This document shows positions 49,823-61,367 of a stretch of DNA of 64,000 nucleotides, in pieces (positions within the stretch are counted from its first letter, which is position 1; the number at the start of each line of letters is the position of its first letter). This DNA comes from Pseudomonadota bacterium (GTDB taxonomy: Bacteria > Bdellovibrionota_G > JALEGL01 > DATDPG01), in assembly GCA_043809315.1 (NCBI GenBank), contig JAZDDX010000029.1:47250-111249 (forward strand). The letters are read 5' to 3'. A model generated the notes under the pieces. That model saw only the letters and a list, made by a program, of their open reading frames with translations. It was not told the DNA's origin and did no database searches. Position numbers and translations under genes: made by a program.

Positions 49823-50923
49823 ATGAACGATGCCTATTGGATGAGAAGGGCCCTGGTGCTGGCCCGGCGGGGATGGGGGACGACCCAACCGAACCCGTTG
49901 GTCGGCGCGATTGTGCTCGATTCCAAGGAGAAGCAGATCGGAGCCGGATTCCACGAGAGAGCCGGCGGGTTGCACGCCGAAAAGATCGCGTTCGATCAAG
50001 CCGGAGAGAGGGCCCGAGGCGGAACTCTTTTCGTCACGCTCGAACCGTGCGTCGGATTCGAGGGGAAACGGACCGGCGCCTGCGTCGAGCGGGTGATCTC
50101 GTCCGGTGTCCGGCGTGTCGTGATCTCCTCCCTCGACCCGAATCTTCCGGTGAACGGCAAGGGGGTCGCGGCACTCCAAAAGGCGGGAATCGAGGTGTCG
50201 GTCGGCTGTCTTTCCGAGATCTCCGACTTCCTGAACCTCCCGTTCCGGACGTTCGTGACCGAACAGCGTCCATTCATCGTCGCGAAGAGCGCTCTTTCCA
50301 TGGACGGCAAGATCGGCGCGCGCGGACAACGGGTTCACCTTACCGGAGAAGTCTCCCTCCGGAGAACGATGCACCTCCGCGCCGGAGCCGGCGCTATCCT
50401 CGCCGGTTCCGAAACGATTCTCTCCGACGATCCGATTCTGAATGTCCGCGGACGGAACTCTGATCGGAAACCGATCCGCGCGATTCTCGATCCCGAACTC
50501 GTCACACCACCGACCGCGCGGATCCTCAATTTGGATGGCGGGCCGGTTTGGATCTTTACGAAGAAAGGGCAAGAGAACACGGAGCAGATGAAATTGCTGA
50601 AAGCTCGGGGGGCCCGTGGGGTTTTCCTTGAAACTGGTGACGACGGTTTGTTTGGCGTTCGGGAGGTGGTTGCTTTTTTCGCGGCGGAGAAGATCACTTC
50701 GATCCTTATAGAAGGGGGGGCCAACACGATCTCCCACTTCGCGGCGGCCGGCTTGATCGATCGATTCGTCTTTTTCCTCTCCCCGAAGCGTCTCGGAGCC
50801 AACCTGGATGCGGCCCCGACCGTCCCTCTCGACCTCGGAAGCGGCGTTGCGCTCGAGATCCTTTCTGTTATAAGGCGGGGCGCCGATTGGCAGGTCGTGG
50901 CCATACCTAAAAAAGGTCAATGA
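49823..50923 (+). CDS. ribD: Bifunctional pyrimidine deaminase/reductase
   Basis: PNPLVGA, HAE, TLEPC...C, SMDGKI, IEGG. Confidence 0.95.
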   Translation: MNDAYWMRRALVLARRGWGTTQPNPLVGAIVLDSKEKQIGAGFHERAGGLHAEKIAFDQAGERARGGTLFVTLEPCVGFEGKRTGACVERVISSGVRRVVISSLDPNLPVNGKGVAALQKAGIEVSVGCLSEISDFLNLPFRTFVTEQRPFIVAKSALSMDGKIGARGQRVHLTGEVSLRRTMHLRAGAGAILAGSETILSDDPILNVRGRNSDRKPIRAILDPELVTPPTARILNLDGGPVWIFTKKGQENTEQMKLLKARGARGVFLETGDDGLFGVREVVAFFAAEKITSILIEGGANTISHFAAAGLIDRFVFFLSPKRLGANLDAAPTVPLDLGSGVALEILSVIRRGADWQVVAIPKKGQ

Positions 50924-50938
50924 TTTTGAGGGACTAAC

Positions 50939-51520
50939 GTGTTTACGGGAATCGTCGAAACAGCGGGAAAGCTCCAAAGGCTGAATCACGGGAAGATGCG
51001 GGTTGCGACCCCGTGGAAGGGGAAAGCCCTCCACGTCGGTCAGAGCATCTCGGTCGACGGCTGTTGTCTTACGATTGTCGGGATCCGGAAGAATGAGATC
51101 GCCTTCGATCTCTCCCCCGAGACGCTCGACCGGACTGTTTTTGGTGTCAAGAAGCGGGGCGATCTCGTCAACCTGGAACGGGCGATGCGGATGAACGGGT
51201 CGCTCGACGGTCACCTCGTGACCGGCCACATCGATACCCGCGGGATGATCCGAAGCGCGGCCATCCTGGACGACGGCACCTCCTGGGAAGTCTGGATCGA
51301 CGTCCCGAAACGGTTCCATCACTGGCTGATCGAGAAAGGGTCGGCTGCCGTCGACGGCGTCAGCTTAACCGTCGTCGGGATCGATCGGAAAGGGTTCTCG
51401 GTCGTCCTGATCCCTCACACGATCGAGATCACTTCGCTGCGGAAGTGGAAGAAGGGGGCGGTCGTCAACGTCGAGTTCGATCTGATCGCCAAATATATCG
51501 AACGGCTGGTCCGCCGATGA
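50939..51520 (+). CDS. ribE: Riboflavin synthase alpha chain
   Basis: [32 protein letters not shown]. Confidence 0.96.
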   Translation: MFTGIVETAGKLQRLNHGKMRVATPWKGKALHVGQSISVDGCCLTIVGIRKNEIAFDLSPETLDRTVFGVKKRGDLVNLERAMRMNGSLDGHLVTGHIDTRGMIRSAAILDDGTSWEVWIDVPKRFHHWLIEKGSAAVDGVSLTVVGIDRKGFSVVLIPHTIEITSLRKWKKGAVVNVEFDLIAKYIERLVRR

Positions 51521-52725
51521 AATCGGGCAACGTCGAGAGAGCGATTGCCGGTCTGCGTGCCGGGAAGTTCGTCATCATCGTCGACGACGCCGACCGCGAG
51601 AACGAGGGGGATCTGACCTGCGCTGCCGAGAAGGTGACCCCGCACGCGATCAATTTCATGGCGAAGCACGGCCGCGGCCTGATCTGTCTTGCTCTGACCG
51701 AAAAACGGTGTGACGAGCTCAGGCTCCCGCCGATGGTCGAGAACAACACCTCGAAGTTTGGGACGGCGTTCACCGTCTCGATCGAGGCTAGGCACGGCGT
51801 CACGACCGGGATTTCGGCCCACGACCGCGCGAAAACGATTCTGGCGGCAATCGATCCGGGCGCGAAACCGACCGACCTCGTTCGCCCCGGCCACGTCTTT
51901 CCACTGCGCGCCAAAGAGGGGGGGGTCCTCGTCCGGAGCGGGCAGACGGAAGGGTCGACCGATCTCGCGCGTCTCGCTGGACTGCAACCAGCCGCCGTGA
52001 TCTGCGAGGTGATGAAGAGCGATGGCACGATGGCCCGGCTTCCGGAGCTCCGACGTTTTTCGAAGCGCCACAAGATCCCTCTCGTCACGATCGCCGAGAT
52101 CATCGCCTACCGCCTCCGCCGGGAGACGTTGATCCGCGAGGTCGCCGCTTCGCACCTCCCGAACATGTTCGGCGAGGAGTTCGAGCTCCGCGTCTTCGAA
52201 AGCTGGATCAACGAGTTCCAGCACGTGGCGCTGATCCACGGCACGATCAAGCCGACCGTCCCGACGCTGGTCCGCGTTCACTCCGAATGCTTCACCGGCG
52301 ACGTCCTCGGGTCGCTCCGCTGCGATTGCCGCGATCAACTCCACCAGTCGCTCGAGATGATCGCTCGGGCCGAACACGGGGTTCTGCTCTACCTGCGCCA
52401 GGAGGGGCGCGGAATCGGGTTCGTGAACAAGATCAAGGCGTACGCATTGCAGGATCAGGGGCACGACACCGTCACGGCGAACGAGAAGCTCGGCTTCAAG
52501 CCGGACCTCCGCGAGTACGGTGTCGGCGCGCAGATCCTCCACGCGCTCGGGATCAAGAAGATGAAGCTTCTGACCAACAACCCGCGCAAGATCGTCGGCC
52601 TGGAAGGATACGGCCTGGAGGTGACCGAACGGGTCCCGATCGAGATCGCTCCGAATCGGATCAACCTCCGGTATCTAAAAACCAAGCGGCGGAGGATGGG
52701 TCACATCCTCCGGGCGGTTCGATAG
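51517..52725 (+). CDS. ribBA: DHBP synthase / GTP cyclohydrolase II
   Basis: [38 protein letters not shown]. Confidence 0.97.
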   Translation: MKSGNVERAIAGLRAGKFVIIVDDADRENEGDLTCAAEKVTPHAINFMAKHGRGLICLALTEKRCDELRLPPMVENNTSKFGTAFTVSIEARHGVTTGISAHDRAKTILAAIDPGAKPTDLVRPGHVFPLRAKEGGVLVRSGQTEGSTDLARLAGLQPAAVICEVMKSDGTMARLPELRRFSKRHKIPLVTIAEIIAYRLRRETLIREVAASHLPNMFGEEFELRVFESWINEFQHVALIHGTIKPTVPTLVRVHSECFTGDVLGSLRCDCRDQLHQSLEMIARAEHGVLLYLRQEGRGIGFVNKIKAYALQDQGHDTVTANEKLGFKPDLREYGVGAQILHALGIKKMKLLTNNPRKIVGLEGYGLEVTERVPIEIAPNRINLRYLKTKRRRMGHILRAVR

Positions 52726-53226
52726 ATGAATACGAACGACAAGACGAAGGTTCCGGCGCGTGCCGTTTCCGGCAAGCCGGTGGCGCTCGTTGCCGCCCAG
52801 TGGCACCGATCGGTCGTCGACCGCCTGATCGAGGGGGCACGCCAGACACTTCTCAAGGCAGGGCTTCCCTCCGACGGGATCGAGCTTCACTGGGTTCCGG
52901 GGAGTTTCGAACTCCCCCAGGCAGTTTCGGCTCTCGCGAAAACCGGGAAGTACCAGGCGATCATTCCGATCGGCTGCATCGTCCGGGGGGAGACCGCCCA
53001 CTTCGATTTCATCGCTCAGTCGGTTTTCACGGGGTTGGATCAGGTCGGACGCGAGACGGGTGTCGCGGTTTCTCTGGCGGTTCTGACGGTCGAAACCCTC
53101 GAGCAGGCGATCGAGCGGGCCGGCGGCAAGTGCGGAAACAAAGGGGAAGAAGCAGCCGACGCCGCTCTGGATCTGGCGCGGCTTCTCATGGAGGCAAGGA
53201 ATGGGAAGCCGGTCGCGCGCGCGTGA
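52726..53226 (+). CDS. ribH: 6,7-dimethyl-8-ribityllumazine synthase
   Basis: VPGSFELP, VRGETAHF, NKGEEAA. Confidence 0.95.
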   Translation: MNTNDKTKVPARAVSGKPVALVAAQWHRSVVDRLIEGARQTLLKAGLPSDGIELHWVPGSFELPQAVSALAKTGKYQAIIPIGCIVRGETAHFDFIAQSVFTGLDQVGRETGVAVSLAVLTVETLEQAIERAGGKCGNKGEEAADAALDLARLLMEARNGKPVARA

Positions 53227-53614
53227 GCAGGCGCTTCAAATCCTCTACTTCATCGACCTGACGGGAACCGCGGTCGACGAGGCGCTCCGGCTTTTCCACG
53301 CCAATTTCGAAAGTGAGGAGGAGGAGTTCGAGTTCGCCTGCACCCTCGTTACCGGGATCACGGGGAAACTGGCCGAGCTCGACCAGAAAATCGAGGGGTG
53401 CTCCGAGAATTGGCGCCTCTCCCGGATGCCGCGGATCGACCGGAACATCCTCCGTATGGGGGCCTTCGAGATTCTCTTCGCCCCGGAAATCCCCCCCGCC
53501 GTCGCGATGGACGAGGCGATCGAGCTTGCCAAAAAATACGGCGAGGAACACTCCCCCCCGTTCGTCAACGGGATCCTCGACCGGATTTCGAAGAACCGGG
53601 AAAAGGGGATATGA
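53201..53614 (+). CDS. nusB: Transcription antitermination factor NusB
   Basis: RSRAREQALQ, IDRNILR, EAIELAKKY, FVNGILD. Confidence 0.96.
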   Translation: MGSRSRAREQALQILYFIDLTGTAVDEALRLFHANFESEEEEFEFACTLVTGITGKLAELDQKIEGCSENWRLSRMPRIDRNILRMGAFEILFAPEIPPAVAMDEAIELAKKYGEEHSPPFVNGILDRISKNREKGI

Positions 53615-53624
53615 TCGGTCACCG

Positions 53625-54089
53625 ATGAGGGCCGAGAAGTTCACCAAACCCCTGGACGACCTTCAGACCGATCTGATCGTCGTCACCCTTTACGAGAACG
53701 AACGGCCTCCGCGCGGCGTCCACGGCCTGATCGACTGGCGCCTGCACGGCTTCATCTCCCGCGCGATCCTCTCGGGAACGGTTGCCGGAGTGGAGAACGA
53801 ATCGGTTCTGATGCCGCTCGGCCGGAAGCTTCCGGCCCGCCGCCTTCTCGTCCTGGGTCTCGGCAAGAAAGAAACCTACGATCTCGCACGGGCCCGACAC
53901 ACCGCGTACCGCCTCGGGAAAACGGTCGCCCAGCTCTGCGCGAACGACGTCGCCGTATTTTTTCCCCCCGCCATCGACGAACGGATCTTCGGGGAGACCG
54001 AGCGTTCGGTCTTGAGTTCCATGGAGCAGGCCGACCTTCCGAAAGACCTTTACGTCCGCTGGCTCGATCCTACCGTGGCTGAGCAGTAG
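53625..54089 (+). CDS. Stand-alone M17 peptidase N-terminal-domain-like protein
   Basis: ERPPRG..GLIDWRLHG.ISR, RLLVLGLG. Confidence 0.7.
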   Translation: MRAEKFTKPLDDLQTDLIVVTLYENERPPRGVHGLIDWRLHGFISRAILSGTVAGVENESVLMPLGRKLPARRLLVLGLGKKETYDLARARHTAYRLGKTVAQLCANDVAVFFPPAIDERIFGETERSVLSSMEQADLPKDLYVRWLDPTVAEQ

Positions 54090-54260
54090 CCCACCATTCG
54101 CCGCCACCTGAACCGATGAATCCCGCGACCGTGTGCGGGCCGATGACCGCGGGACCCCCGGTCATTGGTCCGGCGTCAATGGATGACACGCGTCCGCCGG
54201 ATTCACGGACGCCCCTGCGGAGTCCGCTGGCTCGATCCTACCGTGGCTGAGCAGTAGCCC
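54054..54260. repeat. 39-bp perfect direct repeat (54054-54092 and 54222-54260) flanking a 129-bp structured insert
   Basis: gtccgctggctcgatcctaccgtggctgagcagtagccc occurs twice. Confidence 0.9.
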
Positions 54261-54270
54261 CGGGACGGAA

Positions 54271-54300
54271 TTGACCGCATCCCCTCGAAACGACTATATT
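54271..54300 (+). promoter_or_regulatory. Putative sigma70 promoter of the prkA operon
   Basis: TTGACC-18-TATATT, then RBS agggagg. Confidence 0.5.
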
Positions 54301-54332
54301 TAATCGTTTTTGAACCCTAAGGGAGGTTTCAA

Positions 54333-56408
54333 GTGAATCGTACCGAAGTATCTCCGATCATCGGCCTGATCAAAGAAAAGCAGGATCTCGAGCGTTTCCG
54401 CGAGCTCCACTGGGAAGGATCGTTCCACGACTACTTACGCCTCATCGAAAAAGATCCGAAACTGACGCGGACGGCGTTCCAGCGTTTGTACGACATGATC
54501 CTATCGTACGGGACCGAGGAGTACGTCGACGGGAAGAAGAAGATCACCCGCTTCCACTTCTTCTCCGATCCGATGGAGAACGGGAAAGATGCCGTCTTCG
54601 GTCTCGACCTCCCCCTGCAGAAGATGGTGAACATCTTCAAGAGCGCCGCGAAGAACTACGGCACCGAACGCCGCGTGCTTCTCCTGCACGGCCCGGTCGG
54701 TTCCGCTAAATCGACGATCGTGCGCCTGCTGAAAAAAGGACTCGAAGAGTACGCCCGGAAGTCGGAAGGGGCGCTCTACTCCTTCAAATGGAAGATCCCG
54801 AAGGCGGACTTTCCGACGATGATCCTCGACATCGAGGAGATGGCCTGTCCGATGCACGAAGAACCGCTCCACATGATCCCGGACGTCTTCCGCGGTGAGG
54901 TGGAAGGCCAGCTGAACAAGGGCAACAAGACCGGCTTCAAGGTGAAGATCCAGGGGGACCTCTGTCCCGCCTGCCGCCAGATCTACAAGGAATTGCTCAC
55001 GCATTATCTGGGAGACTGGTCGAAGGTGGTCGACCACCTGGTCGTTCGGCGTCTTCTTCTCTCGGAGCGGGATCGCGTCGGGATCGGCACGTTCCAGCCG
55101 AAGGACGAGAAGAACCAGGATTCGACCGAGTTGACCGGCGACATCAACTACCGCCGGATCGCACAGTACGGGTCGGACTCCGATCCCCGGGCGTTCAATT
55201 TCGATGGTGAGTTCAACATCGCGAACCGGGGTTTGGTCGAGTTCGTCGAGGTGTTGAAGCTCGACGTGGCGTTCCTCTATGACCTCCTGGGCGCTTCCCA
55301 GGAGCACAAGGTCAAGCCGAAGAAGTTCCCGCAGACCGACATCGACGAAGTGATCATCGGGCACACGAACGAGCCGGAGTACAAGAAACTCCAGAACAAC
55401 GAGTTCATGGAGGCGTTGCGCGACCGGACCGTCAAGATCGACATCCCGTACATCACGAGAGTCTCCGAGGAGATGAAGATCTACGAGAAGGACTACAACA
55501 TGAAGAAGATCTCCGCGAAGCATATCGCCCCGCACACGATCGAGATGGCGGCGATGTGGGCGGTCCTGACCCGCATGCAGGAACCGAAGAAGGCGAACCT
55601 GACGCTCGTTCAGAAGATGAAACTGTACGACGGCAAATCGCTGGCCGGCTTCACGGAAGAGAATATTCGCGAGCTCCGCAAGGAGTCGGAGCGGGAGGGG
55701 ATGGAGGGGATCTCTCCGCGGTACATCCAGGACAAGATCTCGAACGCCCTCGTCGACGAAAAAAGCGCCGGCTGCGTCAACCCGTTCCTGGTGTTGAACG
55801 AGCTGGAGTCGGGGCTGAAGCACCACTCGCTCATCTCGACCGACGAGCTGCGAAAGCGGTTCCGCGAGCTGATCTCGACCGTCAAGCAGGAGTACGAGGA
55901 CATCGTGAAGAACGAGGTCCAACGGGCGATCAGCGCCGACGAGGACTCGATCTCCAAGCTATGCGCCAACTACATGGACAACGTGAAGGCGTACACCCAG
56001 AAGGAGAAGGTCCGGAACAAGTACACCGGCGCCTCCGACGAACCGGATGAGAGGTTGATGCGTTCGATCGAGGAGAAGATCGACATCCCCGAGTCGCGCA
56101 AAGAGGACTTCCGCCGCGAGATCATGAACTACATCGGCGCTCTCGCGATCGACGGGAAGCACTTCACCTACAAGACCAACGAGAGACTCTACCGGGCTCT
56201 CGAGCTCAAGTTGTTTGAAGATCAGAAGGACTCGATCAAGCTGACGAGCCTCGTCTCCTCGGTTGTCGACAAGGAGACGCAGGAGAAGATCGACGTCGTC
56301 AAGAAGCGGATGATCAACAACTACGGCTACTGCGACGTCTGCGCGACCGACGTCCTGAACTTCGTCGCTTCGATCTTCGCGCGAGGGGATATCAAGGCGA
56401 AGGAGTAA
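54333..56408 (+). CDS. prkA: PrkA/YeaG AAA+ serine protein kinase-like ATPase
   Basis: [43 protein letters not shown]. Confidence 0.95.
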   Translation: MNRTEVSPIIGLIKEKQDLERFRELHWEGSFHDYLRLIEKDPKLTRTAFQRLYDMILSYGTEEYVDGKKKITRFHFFSDPMENGKDAVFGLDLPLQKMVNIFKSAAKNYGTERRVLLLHGPVGSAKSTIVRLLKKGLEEYARKSEGALYSFKWKIPKADFPTMILDIEEMACPMHEEPLHMIPDVFRGEVEGQLNKGNKTGFKVKIQGDLCPACRQIYKELLTHYLGDWSKVVDHLVVRRLLLSERDRVGIGTFQPKDEKNQDSTELTGDINYRRIAQYGSDSDPRAFNFDGEFNIANRGLVEFVEVLKLDVAFLYDLLGASQEHKVKPKKFPQTDIDEVIIGHTNEPEYKKLQNNEFMEALRDRTVKIDIPYITRVSEEMKIYEKDYNMKKISAKHIAPHTIEMAAMWAVLTRMQEPKKANLTLVQKMKLYDGKSLAGFTEENIRELRKESEREGMEGISPRYIQDKISNALVDEKSAGCVNPFLVLNELESGLKHHSLISTDELRKRFRELISTVKQEYEDIVKNEVQRAISADEDSISKLCANYMDNVKAYTQKEKVRNKYTGASDEPDERLMRSIEEKIDIPESRKEDFRREIMNYIGALAIDGKHFTYKTNERLYRALELKLFEDQKDSIKLTSLVSSVVDKETQEKIDVVKKRMINNYGYCDVCATDVLNFVASIFARGDIKAKE

Positions 56409-56429
56409 CGGGGCACCCGGGAACCCGAG

Positions 56430-57536
56430 ATGGCCCTCAGAATCGACAACGACTACACCCGCTTCAAGCAGATCGTCCGCGGGAAGATCAAGCAGGACCT
56501 GCGGAAGTACATGTCGTCGGGTGAGATGATCGGGAAGAAGGGGAAGGACCTCGTCGCGATCCCCCTCCCACGCATCGATCTCCCCCACTTCGTCCACTCC
56601 CCGCGAAAGCAGGGGGGGGTCGGGCAGGGAGAGGGAGAGGTCGGAACCCCGCTCGGATCCGGGGACCAGGACGGAGCCGGGAAAGCCGGATCGGCGCCGG
56701 GGCACCACATTCTCGAAGTCGACATTCCGCTCGCGGAGTTGGCGAAGATCCTCGGGGAGGAGCTGGAACTCCCGAACATCGAGCCGCGCGGGCAGAAGAA
56801 AAACATCTCCAGCGTGAAAGAGAAATATTCCGGGATCCACCGCGCCGGTCCGGAGTCGCTCAAACACTTCAAACGGACGTTCAAGGCGGCGCTTCGCCGG
56901 CAGATCATGACCGGCGGGTACAACCCCGACAACCCGATCGTGATCCCGATCCGGGAGGATCGCCGGTACCGCTCGTGGAAGCTCGTTCCGCAACCGGCGT
57001 CGAACGCCGTCATCATCTACATCATGGACGTCTCCGGATCGATGGGGACGGAGCAGAAGGAGATCGTCCGGACCGAGAGTTTCTGGATCGATACCTGGCT
57101 CAAAAGCCAGTATCGCGGGATCGAGTCGCGCTACATCATCCACGACGCGACCGCGCGCGAGGTCGACAGCGAAACGTTCTACCACACGCGGGAGTCGGGC
57201 GGGACGATCATCTCCTCCGCCTACCATCTCTGTCTCAAGATGATCACCGAGGAGTACCGGCCGGAGGATTGGAACATCTATATCTTCCACTTCTCCGACG
57301 GCGACAACTGGTCGAGCGAGGACACCGCGCTCTGCATCCAGCTCCTGAAAACAAACATCGTTCCGCGCGCGAATCTCGTCTGTTACGGCCAGGTCGAGTC
57401 TCAGTACGGATCGGGGCAGTTCCTCAAAGACCTCCGCGAACAGGCGGAAGGGATCGAGAACCTGATCACGTCGAAGATCGACAGCCGCGACGACATCTAC
57501 GACTCGATCAAGACGTTCTTGGGCAAGGGGAAGTAA
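56430..57536 (+). CDS. yeaH: YeaH/YhbH (DUF444) vWA-like protein
   Basis: Gly-rich segment, [24 protein letters not shown]. Confidence 0.93.
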   Translation: MALRIDNDYTRFKQIVRGKIKQDLRKYMSSGEMIGKKGKDLVAIPLPRIDLPHFVHSPRKQGGVGQGEGEVGTPLGSGDQDGAGKAGSAPGHHILEVDIPLAELAKILGEELELPNIEPRGQKKNISSVKEKYSGIHRAGPESLKHFKRTFKAALRRQIMTGGYNPDNPIVIPIREDRRYRSWKLVPQPASNAVIIYIMDVSGSMGTEQKEIVRTESFWIDTWLKSQYRGIESRYIIHDATAREVDSETFYHTRESGGTIISSAYHLCLKMITEEYRPEDWNIYIFHFSDGDNWSSEDTALCIQLLKTNIVPRANLVCYGQVESQYGSGQFLKDLREQAEGIENLITSKIDSRDDIYDSIKTFLGKGK

Positions 57537-59059
57537 TGGCGAACCTCCCGATCGAACTTGCGAAGGCGAAGGAGGAGATCCTCAAACACGCGAAAGCGTT
57601 CGGTCTCGATTTCTATCCGACGATCTTCGAGATGGTGGAGTTCGACCAGATGAACGAGATCGCGGCGTACGGAGGATTTCCGACCCGATACCCGCACTGG
57701 TCGTTCGGAATGGAGTACGAAGGACTTTCCAAGGGGTACGAATACGGCCTCTCGAAGATCTACGAGATGGTGATCAACAACGACCCCTGCTACGCCTATC
57801 TCCTGAAATCGAACCCGATGGTCGATCAGAAGATCGTGATGGCGCACGTCTACGGCCACTGCGATTTCTTCAAGAACAACTTCTGGTTCTCGAAAACCAA
57901 CCGGAAGATGATCGACGAGATCGCGAACCACGCGACCCGGATCCGCCGCTATGTCGACCGGTACGGTCTGGAGGAGGTCGAACGCTTTCTCGACGTCTGC
58001 ATTTCGATCGACAACCTGGTCGATCCCCATCTCCCGTTCACGGGGCGCGGCCTCGAAACGCCGAAGGTCGCGACCGGTGGGGAGCACAAAGAAGAGGAAG
58101 AGGGGCGTCCCGTGGTCCGAAGGCTCAAGAGCAAGGACTACATGGACACCTACATCAACCCCCCCGAATTCCTCGAGGAGCAGAAACAGCGGATCGTGGA
58201 ACGGCGAAAGGAGAAGCGGAACTTTCCGGCTGAGCCGACCAAGGATGTCCTGGGATTCTTCCTCCACCACGCTCCGATCGAGAACTGGCAGCGCGACATC
58301 CTCTCGATCGTCCGGGAAGAGGCGTACTACTTCGCCCCGCAGGGAATGACGAAGATCATGAACGAGGGGTGGGCCGCCTATTGGCACTCCACGATCATGA
58401 CCACGAAAGTTCTCAAGGCTTCCGAGGTGATCGACTATGCCGACCACCATTCGGGGACACTCTCGACGGCCGGCGGACGCTTGAATCCGTACAAACTCGG
58501 GATCGAGCTGTTCCGCGACATCGAGGACCGCTGGAATAAGGGGCGCTTCGGGAAAGAATACGACGAGTGCACGAGCCTCGTCGCGAAACGGGACTGGGAC
58601 AAGAAGCTCGGGCTAGGCCGGGAGAAGATCTTCGAAGTCCGCCGGGTTTACAACGACATCACGTTTCTCGACGATTTCCTGACCCCCGAGTTCGTAATCG
58701 GGCAAAAGCTGTTCGGCTTCGACTACAACCCGAAGTCCGGAAATTACGAGATCGTCACGCGCGCCTTCGACGAGGTGAAGCAGAAACTTCTGCGGATGCT
58801 CACGAACATGGGGCAGCCGATCATCCATGTCGAGGACGGGAACTTCGAGAACCGGGCCGAATTGCTCCTGCGGCACCGGCACGAAGGGGTCGATCTCCGA
58901 ATCGACTGGGCCAAAGACACGCTGGCCAACCTCTTCGGGGTCTGGCGGCGCCCCGTCAATCTCTTGACGGTCGTCGAGGGGAAAGGGAAGCTCCTGACCT
59001 ATGATGGGAAGGAGCACCACGAACGTTCGACCGGGGACGATGTTCCGGCGAGCAGCTAG
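57536..59059 (+). CDS. spoVR: SpoVR/YcgB family protein
   Basis: YPHWSFG, IYEMVIN, AHVYGHCDFFKNN, TKIMNEGWA, NPYKLG. Confidence 0.95.
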   Translation: MANLPIELAKAKEEILKHAKAFGLDFYPTIFEMVEFDQMNEIAAYGGFPTRYPHWSFGMEYEGLSKGYEYGLSKIYEMVINNDPCYAYLLKSNPMVDQKIVMAHVYGHCDFFKNNFWFSKTNRKMIDEIANHATRIRRYVDRYGLEEVERFLDVCISIDNLVDPHLPFTGRGLETPKVATGGEHKEEEEGRPVVRRLKSKDYMDTYINPPEFLEEQKQRIVERRKEKRNFPAEPTKDVLGFFLHHAPIENWQRDILSIVREEAYYFAPQGMTKIMNEGWAAYWHSTIMTTKVLKASEVIDYADHHSGTLSTAGGRLNPYKLGIELFRDIEDRWNKGRFGKEYDECTSLVAKRDWDKKLGLGREKIFEVRRVYNDITFLDDFLTPEFVIGQKLFGFDYNPKSGNYEIVTRAFDEVKQKLLRMLTNMGQPIIHVEDGNFENRAELLLRHRHEGVDLRIDWAKDTLANLFGVWRRPVNLLTVVEGKGKLLTYDGKEHHERSTGDDVPASS

Positions 59060-59639
59060 CGCCGCCGTCACCCTTCTCTTTTTCGCCGGAACTCCGATCG
59101 TTCTAGACCGCACGCTCGCGATCGTCGGCCACCGCGTGATCACCTTGAGCGAAGCCAAGACGCAGGCCACGATCACCTCGATCCTCGACCGAAAGAGAAC
59201 CCCGGACCCCGAAGCCTCCCCGGACGAGATCGAAGGCGCCCTTCAAACCCTCGTGCGCCAGGCCCTGATCGACCACTATCTCGACAATCTCGGTTTGGTT
59301 TCCGAGATCCCGGTCGACCGGGTGAACCGCGTGAACGAAGAGCTCCGGAACAACCCCGGCGCCAAGGGGCTCCCCGACGCGATGGTCGGCCGTCTGCTCA
59401 AGAGCCGCGTCCGGACCGAGATTTTCCTCGAGCGGCACCTTCCGTTCCGGATCACCGTGACGGAAGGGGAGGCCCTCGCGCATTACCAGACGGAAAAGAA
59501 CCGCCGATTCCTTGGAAAGCCGTACCGATCGATCGCGGCGATCGTCCGGGCGGATCTTGCGAAGGAGAAGACGCAGAAAGAGTTCGAGAAATGGCTGGAG
59601 ACCGAGACAAAACGGACCGAGGTCGTCTACCTCCGATAG
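59040..59639 (+). CDS. SurA N-terminal-like periplasmic chaperone (no PPIase domain)
   Basis: LDRTLAIVGHRVITLSE; C-terminal FEKWLE. Confidence 0.6.
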   Translation: MFRRAASAAVTLLFFAGTPIVLDRTLAIVGHRVITLSEAKTQATITSILDRKRTPDPEASPDEIEGALQTLVRQALIDHYLDNLGLVSEIPVDRVNRVNEELRNNPGAKGLPDAMVGRLLKSRVRTEIFLERHLPFRITVTEGEALAHYQTEKNRRFLGKPYRSIAAIVRADLAKEKTQKEFEKWLETETKRTEVVYLR

Positions 59640-60097
59640 GGTTTTCCCCCCTTCGGGCGGACGATCTCCGCAGGGTTCTGGAGATCGAACGGAGCTGTTT
59701 TTCCGAGCCGTGGTCGGAAGACTCGTTCCGCGAGGTGGTCGCCGGAGGGACGTTCGGTTCGCTCGCCGCCCGCTCCGCCGAAGGGAAGCTGATGGGATAC
59801 ATCGTCTACTCCGAGGCGGCGGATGAACTTCACATCCTGAACGTCGCTGTCCATCGGGAGTTCCGGAGACTCGGGGTGGCGAGCGTCATGCTGAAACGGA
59901 TCCATCAGTTCGGCGCGGATCGGGGACGCGCCTTTTCGTACCTCGAGGTCCGCGAATCGAATCGCGGCGCGCAGGAGCTGTACGCGAAGTTCGGTTACAA
60001 GCTCCTGACGAAGCGGAAAGAGTACTACTCCGACAACCAGGAGAACGCGATCCTGATGGTCGCCCCCTTGAACCCGAAAAAAAAATGGCGCCCCTGA
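59591..60097 (+). CDS. rimI: Ribosomal-protein-alanine N-acetyltransferase
   Basis: FSEPWS, HILNVAV, LEVRESN, RKEYY...ENA. Confidence 0.93.
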   Translation: MAGDRDKTDRGRLPPIGFSPLRADDLRRVLEIERSCFSEPWSEDSFREVVAGGTFGSLAARSAEGKLMGYIVYSEAADELHILNVAVHREFRRLGVASVMLKRIHQFGADRGRAFSYLEVRESNRGAQELYAKFGYKLLTKRKEYYSDNQENAILMVAPLNPKKKWRP

Positions 60098-61137
60098 ATC
60101 TTTATCCCCTCCTCCGCCCCCTCCTCTTCTCGCTCGATCCCGAAACCGCGCACAACGTAACCGTTCGGTTGTTACGGATGGCCCGCCGGATCGGTGCGAA
60201 CCGGCTTCTCTTCCCATCCGTCCCCGACCGTCCGACCCAAGTGATGGGGCTCGCGTTTCCAAATCCGGTCGGTTTGGCAGCGGGAATGGACAAGGACGGA
60301 TCGTCTGTCGACGCCTGGTCCGCTCTCGGGTTCGGCTTCCTGGAGATCGGAACCGTAACCCCCCGGCCACAGCCGGGGAATCCGCGGCCAAGAATCTTCC
60401 GGATCCCGCGGGCGAAAGCTCTCATCAACCGGATGGGGTTCAACTCCCCCGGTGTTGATGCAGTGGTCGCAAACCTCGAGAAGATCTCCTACCGGGGTGT
60501 TCTGGGGATCAACATCGGAAAAAACAAAGAGACGCCGATTGATCGGGCAGCCGATGACTACCTGGCCTGCTATTCGAAGGTTTATCCATTCGCATCCTAC
60601 GTCGCGGTTAACATCTCGTCGCCCAATACGGAGGGACTTCGCGAGCTTCAGCTCGTGGAGAATTTACGGTGTCTGCTCAGTGCTCTTTTTGAGGCACGGG
60701 AGAAACTCCTGCGGGAGTATGGGCGGTGCGTACCACTCGTTGTCAAGATCGCTCCCGACCTCGACGAAAAACAGATGGAAACGATGGCGGCGGTTTTTCG
60801 CGATCTCAAGATCGACGCGCTGATCGCGACGAACACCACGGTCCAGCGTCCCGAGGTCGAAAACGACCCCCGAAGCCGTGAAGCCGGGGGGTTGAGCGGG
60901 ACCCCTCTTCGCCCCCTTTCCGATCGCCCGATCCGGTTCTTCCATGAACGGCTTGGGACGATCCCGATCATCGGGAGCGGCGGAATCCTCTCCGGAGCCG
61001 ATGCCAGGGATAAGATCGACGCCGGCTGCTCGCTGCTTCAGGTCTATACGGGCCTCGTCTATCGGGGCCCCGGCCTAATCCGGGAAATCGTGAAATTTAT
61101 TGACGGGAAGGCCGAATCACCGTTAAAAAATAGATAG
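60085..61137 (+). CDS. pyrD: Quinone-dependent dihydroorotate dehydrogenase (class 2)
   Basis: DPETAH, LAAGMDK, INRMGFN, NISSPNT, VKIAPD, GGLSG. Confidence 0.97.
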   Translation: MAPLNLYPLLRPLLFSLDPETAHNVTVRLLRMARRIGANRLLFPSVPDRPTQVMGLAFPNPVGLAAGMDKDGSSVDAWSALGFGFLEIGTVTPRPQPGNPRPRIFRIPRAKALINRMGFNSPGVDAVVANLEKISYRGVLGINIGKNKETPIDRAADDYLACYSKVYPFASYVAVNISSPNTEGLRELQLVENLRCLLSALFEAREKLLREYGRCVPLVVKIAPDLDEKQMETMAAVFRDLKIDALIATNTTVQRPEVENDPRSREAGGLSGTPLRPLSDRPIRFFHERLGTIPIIGSGGILSGADARDKIDAGCSLLQVYTGLVYRGPGLIREIVKFIDGKAESPLKNR

Positions 61138-61157
61138 TTGGCAGCGGGAGGCATGTA

Positions 61158-61361
61158 ATGGCGATCGGTCGAGTGAAGTGGTTCAACGACAGCAAGGGGT
61201 TCGGTTTCATCGTCAACGACGCGGGGAAGGATATCTTCGTCCATTTTTCCGCCATTGCGGGAGAGGGATACAAGACACTCCGCGAAGGGCAGCCGGTGAA
61301 CTTCGACTGCGTGGAGGGGCCGAAGGGGCTTCACGCGCAGAACGTCGTGAAGAACGCCTGA
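61158..61361 (+). CDS. Cold-shock protein
   Basis: [22 protein letters not shown]. Confidence 0.96.
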   Translation: MAIGRVKWFNDSKGFGFIVNDAGKDIFVHFSAIAGEGYKTLREGQPVNFDCVEGPKGLHAQNVVKNA

Positions 61362-61367
61362 CCCGGC

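Noticed and set aside
54054-54260. 39-bp repeat as a mini-CRISPR
   Set aside because: Only two copies, a 129-bp spacer, the repeat is coding sequence, and no cas genes are present
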